Positions 1 through 5,766 of a stretch of DNA of 5,766 nucleotides are shown here, one piece after another. The stretch lies in NCBI GenBank assembly GCA_000388065.2, contig KB932206.1. The stretch is one strand, 5' to 3'. The stretch comes from Fonticula alba ATCC 38817. Taxonomy: Eukaryota > Protista > Nucleariida. The first letter of the stretch is position 1. Every line of letters begins with the position of its first letter. A model generated the notes under the pieces. It worked only from the letters and a program-made list of their open reading frames with translations, was not told the DNA's origin and searched no databases. Both the position numbers and the translations under genes were made by a program.

Positions 1-24
1 CCCCCCCCCCCCCCCCCCCCCCCC
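1..24. repeat. Poly-C tract
   Basis: 24 consecutive C at the window edge. Confidence 0.95.
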
Positions 25-212
25 TTCCACGGGGATCCCTTCTTCGCAGCCAGGCGGGATACCGGTGCCCGGGCCCAGGGTCTCGTGTCTCCGGGCCGAT
101 GTTCCTGTTCATGATTTCCCCTGTTCTCGCCCTTGCTCGCTCGTTCTCTCTCTTTTCTCGCACACACACACTGCCTGCCACTCACACGGCTCTTCGTGGC
201 GACGGCCCTCAG

Positions 213-1281
213 TTGCCATGGACGTCGTCTTCAACGACTACACCAAGCGCATGGCCTCGCTGCTCTCGCGCATCTCGCCTCTTGGCCGCTCGCTGGTCGA
301 GGAGATCGTCGACTCGATGGAGATCACCGCCGTCCGGGCCCTTCAGGTCCGGGCCCTCTTCGACTATGCGTCCACTTGGTCCGAAGGAAACACCGGCCGC
401 CGGAAGGCCTGGCTGTCGGAGGCCGAGGCTGGTGCGTCTTTCTGGGATGCCCCCACATCTTTTGCATGGCCTTCCCCCTTTTTTCTTTTGCTTCCCTCTG
501 CCTCGCGCATGATGGGGGGGGGGGGGGTGGGATGCACGCATAGCTATTCCTTTCTGACCATGGACCTTCCCTGGCTTAGCCATGGAGGTTGCCAAGACCG
601 TTCTCAACATCCGCCAAGGGCAATACCGCACGCCGCTCGAGCGCATTGCCGGCTGGCGCCGCAACCCAACCGTGCGTGGTCCCTCGGCCCTCGCGCCGCG
701 TCCCTTGTCCCTCGGGCTTCGGCTTTCCTAACATCTGGCTGCGGGGCCTCCCTCCCTCTCTCGCTCTCTCTCTCTCTCTCCCTCCCACCAGGTTTACCTC
801 AACACCTACCTGTGGCCGGCCAAGTCCATGATCTACTTCTGGCGCGATTACGACCAGGCGCGGTATCTTTCGCACGACGTCACCTCCCCGTGCTACATGA
901 ACTACATCAACCCCATCGTTGTGGCCTTCGGCGAGGGAGATCTTCACGATCTTTTGGTCAAGCTCCGGTACGTGCTTGGGCATGCTGCCTGTGTGGTGTC
1001 CGAAGGACGCCCTCGCCCGCCGATGCATGGGCGCCGTGCTGACTTTGGCCCTTCTCCCGTGACCCTCTCGCCTCTCGTGGGCCCACCCGCGCCCGCCTCG
1101 TCCGCGCTTTGCCCGCCGCCTGATGCGTCACAGTAAGTTGGCCGATCGCAAGGACCCGGGCAACCACTACTGGCTGGATTGCGCGACGGCTCCGCTGAAG
1201 GAGCCTACCTACCCGCTGCCGGTGTCCGGGGCGTACACTCGCTGGAGTGACTTCTTCTTCCGCGAGGCTGACGCCGCTTAA
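213..1281 (+). CDS. Uncharacterised protein, 3' part. Four exons: 213-431, 580-671, 792-967, 1134-1281. About 211 C-terminal aa; the 5' part is probably upstream of the window.
   Basis: Exons join in frame through GT-AG introns. 432-579: GTGCGT..TTAG, phase 1, branch-like CTGAC 554-558. 672-791: GTGCGT..CCAG, phase 0, CTAAC 728-732. 968-1133: GTACGT..ACAG, phase 2, CTGAT 1120-1124. An upstream acceptor CAG ends at 212, with CTCAC at 181-185. Codons are GC3-rich. Spliced product: ..AMDVVFNDYTKRMASLLSRISPLGRSLVEEIVDSMEITAVRALQVRALFDYASTWSEGNTGRRKAWLSEAEAAMEVAKTVLNIRQGQYRTPLERIAGWRRNPTVYLNTYLWPAKSMIYFWRDYDQARYLSHDVTSPCYMNYINPIVVAFGEGDLHDLLVKLRKLADRKDPGNHYWLDCATAPLKEPTYPLPVSGAYTRWSDFFFREADAA*, TAA at 1279-1281. 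I cannot name the family. ATG 218 as the true start cannot be excluded. Confidence 0.85.
514..527. repeat. Poly-G tract (intron of the first gene)
   Basis: 14 consecutive G inside intron 432-579. Confidence 0.9.
751..786. repeat. (CT)n-rich polypyrimidine tract
   Basis: CT microsatellite immediately before the acceptor AG at 790-791. Confidence 0.85.
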
Positions 1282-1573
1282 GAAGGCGGGTGTCACTCCC
1301 TGTGGCCTTTCTTTCCCCCGTCGGCCTGCGCCTCTCTGGGGCTCAATGCACCACCATCTGGCCTATGCAAGTGGTGGACCCCTCCTCAGGGGGGAGGAGA
1401 ATGAAGGAGGGGGTGCCGAGGGGACATTCCGCTCCCCCCTCCCTACACCAGCTACCACACATACAGGAAGTTTACTGTCCGCATTGGTACCACAACAGAA
1501 TGTAGCTCTCCCCCGAAAAAGAAGAGGAGCAAGGCCGTGATCGAGGAGGGGAAACAAAGGTCGGTGTGTGGGT

Positions 1574-1711
1574 GAGAGGAAGAGAGAGACGGGGGGAAAG
1601 GGAGAAAGGGAGAGAGGGGGAGAGAGAGAGAGACAGGGAGAGGGAGAGAGAGAGAGGGAGAGAGAGAGAAAGGGAGAGGGAGAGAGAGAGAGAGAGGGAG
1701 AGAGAAGAAAG
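1574..1711. repeat. (GA)n/GGGA polypurine microsatellite
   Basis: About 135 nt of almost pure A/G with degenerate GA and GGGA units; a polypyrimidine tract on the minus strand. Confidence 0.95.
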
Positions 1712-1903
1712 ATATGTTCACTTGCACAGCTGGCACTGCGATTCTCGGTTTGCTGCGCTCAACACTTGGCGGGCGGATCGTTCGGAAAGGGTTTGAGATC
1801 GGCTGCTTGCCGGAGGGGCGGCACAGCAGGGGGAGGGAGCAAGCACAAGAAGACGCGGCGCAGCGCTGCTGAAGTTCAATTATTTCGGCAAGAAAAGGGG
1901 GAG

Positions 1904-1906
1904 TGT
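1904..1906 (-). other. ACA box of the H/ACA snoRNA
   Basis: ACA one nt after the lower stem of the 3' hairpin and 14 nt from its upper stem. Confidence 0.8.
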
Positions 1907-1969
1907 TTGAGGTCACAACCAAAGCATACCACGTAGGTCGTGGTAAGCTCTTTCTCAATAAACCTCAGT

Positions 1970-1975
1970 TGATCT
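1970..1975 (-). other. H box (AGAUCA) of the H/ACA snoRNA
   Basis: Matches ANANNA, lies in the single-stranded hinge between the two hairpins, 14 nt from the 5' upper stem. Confidence 0.8.
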
Positions 1976-2441
1976 ACCATGACCAAAAGAACCACACCCA
2001 TCCAGTGGGAATATGGAAGGGTGCGGTCAGTGGCCTGGATTGCGAATAATATGCCACGGCCCGGCGCCGGAGCGAGAGCGCCACACACCCCGGGCCCTCT
2101 TATAGGGGCCCTTTTTCCCGGCATCCCGGAAGCAAGACCCACCGGGAAGAGAGCGCGACGCTCAGTCAAATGGCGTTACTCATTAACTGGGCGGCGGGAT
2201 TTTCGGCATCCCCCTCGCGCGAGGATACGGGATTTTGACGTCGCCGGAGGCCCCTTTCTCGGGGGGCACCGCCCGCGCCCCGAACCGCGTCGGCCGCCTG
2301 CCGTCCGGGCGCGGGCGAGCGTCCGGGTGCGCGCCCGACCCCTGCCACCTTGCCCTCGCCCCGCGCCGGCGCGCCGGTGCCCGAGCTTCTCTCTCTCCTT
2401 CTCCCCGGGTGGGCCCGGCCGAACGCACACGCATCCATGCC

Positions 2442-2457
2442 GGGGGGGGGGGGGGGG
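2442..2457. repeat. Poly-G tract
   Basis: 16 consecutive G. Confidence 0.9.
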
Positions 2458-2532
2458 ACAGCACGAAATGGTGTGGACGGCCTGCTCTTCTCCGGAGACC
2501 TGGTCGCTGGCGGGGTGCGGGATACTCGGCTG

Positions 2533-2557
2533 CACACACACACACACACACACACAC
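2533..2557. repeat. (CA)12 microsatellite
   Basis: Perfect CA dinucleotide run. Confidence 0.95.
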
Positions 2558-2638
2558 GGACGCGCCTCGCGCCAGCCTCGCAGGCCAGGAGAAGGGAGAG
2601 TGGGACCCGGCCGGGAGTTTAGATTCCCAGCGCCGCCG

Positions 2639-3266
2639 NNNNNNNNNNNNNNNNNNNNNNNNNNNNNNNNNNNNNNNNNNNNNNNNNNNNNNNNNNNNNN
2701 NNNNNNNNNNNNNNNNNNNNNNNNNNNNNNNNNNNNNNNNNNNNNNNNNNNNNNNNNNNNNNNNNNNNNNNNNNNNNNNNNNNNNNNNNNNNNNNNNNNN
2801 NNNNNNNNNNNNNNNNNNNNNNNNNNNNNNNNNNNNNNNNNNNNNNNNNNNNNNNNNNNNNNNNNNNNNNNNNNNNNNNNNNNNNNNNNNNNNNNNNNNN
2901 NNNNNNNNNNNNNNNNNNNNNNNNNNNNNNNNNNNNNNNNNNNNNNNNNNNNNNNNNNNNNNNNNNNNNNNNNNNNNNNNNNNNNNNNNNNNNNNNNNNN
3001 NNNNNNNNNNNNNNNNNNNNNNNNNNNNNNNNNNNNNNNNNNNNNNNNNNNNNNNNNNNNNNNNNNNNNNNNNNNNNNNNNNNNNNNNNNNNNNNNNNNN
3101 NNNNNNNNNNNNNNNNNNNNNNNNNNNNNNNNNNNNNNNNNNNNNNNNNNNNNNNNNNNNNNNNNNNNNNNNNNNNNNNNNNNNNNNNNNNNNNNNNNNN
3201 NNNNNNNNNNNNNNNNNNNNNNNNNNNNNNNNNNNNNNNNNNNNNNNNNNNNNNNNNNNNNNNNNC
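2639..3266. other. Assembly gap (628 N)
   Basis: Run of N, followed by a C homopolymer at 3267-3276. Confidence 1.
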
Positions 3267-3313
3267 CCCCCCCCCCTCGCTTGCTCGCCACACAGCCGCA
3301 CCAACACCCGACG

Positions 3314-5080
3314 ATGGACCTCAAGGCGGCGTTTGACGAGATCCTCGCCGCGCCGATGGCGACAACCAGCTTTTGGAAGGACCTCTTCCTGCGGTATGTC
3401 TTCCACACGGCCACCTCCTCGGACCTGCTGGCCGATGATCTGCTCTTCTACGTGAAGCTGCCGATTGTCGACGGCGAGGTCGCCGATCTGCCGGCCGAGG
3501 ATCTGCTGATTGTCCGTCGCCGGACCGAGCCCAACGCCATTCCCTCGGATGAGGAGTCCCTCATCATCAACTGGCGCGAGACTTTCTACTTGAACACAGT
3601 GGTTCAGGTGCGTTGTTGCCATCTCTCCGGGGGCCCCGGGGGAAGGGTCAAGCGCGGGAGCAAGCGGCGCGACTCCCCGGTTATTGACGCATCAGCATGT
3701 CCACATGCACACACACACACACACACACACGCGCGCGCCTGTAGCTCAACTTCCAGCTTATGGTGGCTGTTTGCACGCGGCGCTCGGTTGGCACCGAGGT
3801 GGCCCTGGAGGCGCATCGGCATGTCGCCAAGCGGGTGTACGCCTCGCCGAACATGACCCGCATGGATCAGAAAGGTGCGCGACCCGGCCCCCCCCCCCCC
3901 CCCATGACAGGAGCCCCTCTGCGCGGGGCCCGACACACGCCTGGCACTAATCTGCCCACCTCGCATGCCCACCACCAGGCCACGACTACGCCGTGTCCTA
4001 TCCCCTGATCTACTTCATTGTCGAGGATTTCGAGGATGCCTTCGCCAACATCATCATCCATGAGAATGAGTACCTTTGCGTGGAGGTGTCCGTCAATTTC
4101 CAGGTCCCGGATCAGCAGGGGTCGGTGGTCGCATCGACCAGCGTCTCGCAGAAGCTGAACATCCCCACCCAGCAGACCCCCGACCGGCCGATGAAGGTGA
4201 CCATCTTCCAGGGGGCCGTCAACTGGCAGGCTCTGCTGAACACCTTCCAGAAGCAGCAGGTCTCCACGCTTCCCTTCACCCGGGCCGCGGCCTCGTCCTG
4301 TGCGTGGGGGCGCTTCCCCTGCCTTGGGCCGGCCGATGCCGAGCCTCGCAGCCGCGTCTCCGTGCCGCCACCCCCGCCACCACGGTGCTGACATACGCTC
4401 CCCGCCTCGCCCCGTCCCCCCTGTCCCCCATACCACCCATCCGGCTTGCCGGCCCTCGGCCCCCGCTTCGGCCATGTTTGAAAGCCGGCGATCGAGTTGA
4501 ATACATCATGATGCGCGGCCCCGGCGACAAGGGCCATACGCAGGTTGCGGTCAGCGTGCCGCCGGCGGCCAGCGCCTCGGGCGATCTCGGCGCCAGCGAC
4601 TCCACCGACTCCCTGCGGCAGGGGTTAATGCGCGGCTGGGCCCGCCTGCAGCAGGTCCGTGCACATACGACACCTGCCTGCTGTTCATATGCCCTCGCGC
4701 GCGCGCACACACACGCACACACACGCACACACACACACACACACACATTTGAGCCCCCTCCTTTCTCATCTCTCAATTGGCGGCTGCCCGCCCGCCCGAC
4801 GCCATACTCACCATCCCACTCCGGACATCGGACACAGACTGTGCAGGGACGCTACGAGCCGATTGCCCAACTGCGCACACAGCTGACATTCGTCAACATC
4901 CACTGGACGTCGATCATCAATGACATCATGGACGTCTACTACGGAAAATACAATCCCTCCGGCGACCCGAAGTTCACCACCTCGCGCCCGGCGCCGGAGA
5001 CCCCGCTAGCGGCCATCAACACTGCTCGGCACCTGGCGCAGGCGCGCTGTCAGGAGATGGCCGCCGCCTCCGAAAAGTAA
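3314..5080 (+). CDS. KIAA0930: KIAA0930 / DUF2045-family protein. Five exons: 3314-3607, 3745-3874, 3979-4299, 4485-4654, 4838-5080. 1158 nt, 385 aa.
   Basis: Introns keep the frame. 3608-3744: GTGCGT..GTAG, phase 0. 3875-3978: GTGCGC..CCAG, phase 1, CTAAT 3947-3951. 4300-4484: GTGCGT..AAAG, phase 1. 4655-4837: GTCCGT..ACAG, phase 0, CTCAC 4807-4811. The product carries motifs I recognise, in order, from human KIAA0930 (recalled in brackets): DDLLFYVK (DDMLFYVR), INWRETFYLNTVVQ-LNFQLMVAVCTR ([27 protein letters not shown]), RVYASPNMTRMDQKG (QVFASPSKHPMDSKG), SYPLIYFIVEDFEDAF (SYPNIFFMIDSFEEVF), IFQGAV (IFQGSI), VEYIMMRGPGDKGHTQVAVS ([20 protein letters not shown]). An extra upstream exon in the gap cannot be excluded. 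Confidence 0.92.
3708..3738. repeat. (CA)n(CG)n microsatellite in KIAA0930 intron 1
   Basis: CA run followed directly by GCGCGCGC, just upstream of the acceptor at 3743-3744. Confidence 0.9.
3888..3903. repeat. Poly-C tract in KIAA0930 intron 2
   Basis: 16 consecutive C. Confidence 0.9.
4696..4747. repeat. (CG)n(CA)n microsatellite in KIAA0930 intron 4
   Basis: About 52 nt of uninterrupted purine-pyrimidine alternation. Confidence 0.9.
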
Positions 5081-5299
5081 GCTCACCGTGCGGCAAAGCC
5101 GGATGCGCATCCCCGCACATGGCGCCCGGCCGGGCATAGATCTTCACCAATATACCCCGAAAGAGACACGGCGAGCGAGAGAAGGGAGACCGGGGAAGGT
5201 GGGGGAGCTGATGGTGCGAGGGGTGCCAGCTTCGGGCGAGGAAAATAGGGCAGGCGTCTCACCGGGGCCGCCGGAGATCAACAGAAACCAGGCGAGAGC

Positions 5300-5439
5300 G
5301 GGGGGGGGGGGGGGGGGGNNNNNNNNNNGATTCCCAGCGCCGCCGTTGGGGGGGGGGGGGGGGGGAGGGGAGCGCGGGCGGCCGGACGGTTCGGTGGCGG
5401 TTGTTGTTATTGGTCTCGCCCCGCGTCCCCCCCCCCCCC
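5300..5439. repeat. Cluster of G and C homopolymers around the second gap
   Basis: G runs at 5300-5318 and 5348-5365, C run at about 5427-5439. Confidence 0.85.
5319..5328. other. Assembly gap (10 N)
   Basis: Run of N, preceded by a G homopolymer at 5300-5318. Confidence 1.
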
Positions 5440-5766
5440 TCCGTTTCTCCCGCAACCGAGTCATGGCATGATCTTGCCCGAACCCGAGTCCGAACCCGAG
5501 CTCAAGTCGTCTGCCCACACGGGGGCCGAGGGCACTGCGACGCCAGGAAGGCCGGGCGACAGTGCGCTGTGATCTTGGCCCCGCCCAGCCCCGAGACTGC
5601 GGAGAGAGGAGCCGCGAAGAGAGCACAGGACGGGCGGGGGGGGGGCAGTGAAAAGATGCTCGCCACCACCAGGCCCGGATGGTCCGGGCGCGGGGCACCC
5701 CCTTCCCGGATCTGCCCTCCCTCCTCGCTCTGTCTCGCTGGCTGCCGCGCCCTCTATACGCCTCTT

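Larger units (their letters stand above)
1901..2042 (-). ncRNA. Box H/ACA snoRNA (pseudouridylation guide), about 140 nt, hairpin-hinge-hairpin-tail
   Basis: Folded by hand on the minus strand. 5' upper stem: GACCGCACCC-U-UCCA (2028-2014) pairs with UGGA-U-GGGUGUGGUU (2004-1990); then 14 nt to the H box AGAUCA (ANANNA, 1975-1970). 3' hairpin: lower stem UGAGGUU (1967-1961)/GACCUCA (1914-1908); upper stem AGAGC-U-UACCACG (1951-1939)/CGUGGUA-U-GCUUU (1933-1921); then 14 nt to ACA (1906-1904), with the predicted end 3 nt later at 1901. G-U pairs and U.U mismatches in both upper stems favour the minus strand. The 5' end is approximate. Confidence 0.85.

Noticed and set aside
209-664. Antisense ORFs opposite both genes (209-664, 576-1028, 2183-3622, 3867-4475 and others) and long plus-strand read-through ORFs (65-1042, 1979-3856, 4076-5080)
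   Set aside because: Shadows of GC3-rich coding exons, intron read-through, or artefacts of translating through N runs and microsatellites.
1231-1266. YTRWSDFFFR resembles the phosphatidylserine decarboxylase 'F/YxxFNDFFxR' motif
   Set aside because: The protein stops five residues later and none of the other decarboxylase motifs is present.
1351-1377. Small hairpin CCACCA/TGGTGG in the 3' UTR region of the first gene
   Set aside because: Only 6 bp, with no SECIS, C/D or H/ACA motifs; expected by chance at this GC content.
1472-1802. Possible spliced minus-strand peptide RSQTLSERSARQVLSAANRESQCQLCNYILLWYQCGQ* (1802-1722 joined to 1505-1472)
   Set aside because: Needs a weak GTGAAC donor and a GAG acceptor; no in-frame ATG from any upstream exon I could define; no recognisable family.
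1955-1967. UGAGGUUUAUUGAG resembles a U4 snRNA segment (UGAGGUUUAUCCGAG)
   Set aside because: No U6-pairing regions, kink-turn partner or Sm site around it; it forms the lower stem and pocket of the H/ACA 3' hairpin.
1876-2169. 97-aa minus-strand ORF containing MVDQLRFIEKELTTTYV followed by a GTATGC donor-like site
   Set aside because: Non-ATG start and codon use unlike the two real genes. It overlaps the H/ACA fold, whose boxes, spacing and rRNA complementarity explain the sequence better.
2163-2170. CAGTCAAA, similar to the fission-yeast Homol-D box (CAGTCACA) of ribosomal-protein and U3 promoters
   Set aside because: 7/8 match of a short motif; no evidence this element operates in this lineage.
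5087-5290. Possible minus-strand exons bounded by GTGAG donor-like sites at 5262 and 5086 (IYARPGAMCGDAHPALPH)
   Set aside because: Short, no homology recognised, and continuation would run into the KIAA0930 last exon.
2462-5561. Candidate small exons 2468-2514 (MVWTACSSPETWSLAG) and 5461-5561 (HGMILPEPESEPELKSSAHTGAEGTATPGRPGD) that would join in frame if the two 17-mer copies are one locus
   Set aside because: An in-frame join has a one-in-three chance, the acceptor is GAG, and the peptide has no recognisable similarity. Revisit only if the assembly is re-ordered.
1-5766. CRISPR arrays, transposase, tRNA or rRNA genes
   Set aside because: No regularly spaced repeats, mobile-element motifs, cloverleaf or rRNA-like sequence in the sequenced part.

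Overview
GC-rich eukaryotic DNA with short GT-AG introns full of homopolymers and microsatellites, plus two assembly gaps (2639-3266, 628 N; 5319-5328, 10 N). The style suggests a protist such as Fonticula, but that is only a guess. The supplied six-frame ORFs are mostly intron read-through or antisense shadows. Manual splicing gives two plus-strand genes. (1) The last four exons of an uncharacterised protein, 213-1281. (2) A five-exon KIAA0930/DUF2045-family gene, 3314-5080, 385 aa. Between them, on the minus strand at about 1901-2042, is a sequence with full box H/ACA snoRNA architecture: two hairpins, an H box and an ACA box, each 14 nt from its upper stem. Its 3' pocket gives a 5+7 bp match around a uridine in a conserved LSU rRNA segment (CAACC-U-A-UUCUCAA, recalled from memory). 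It may lie in an intron of a non-coding host transcript. An identical 17-mer borders both gaps, which suggests local mis-ordering of contigs.
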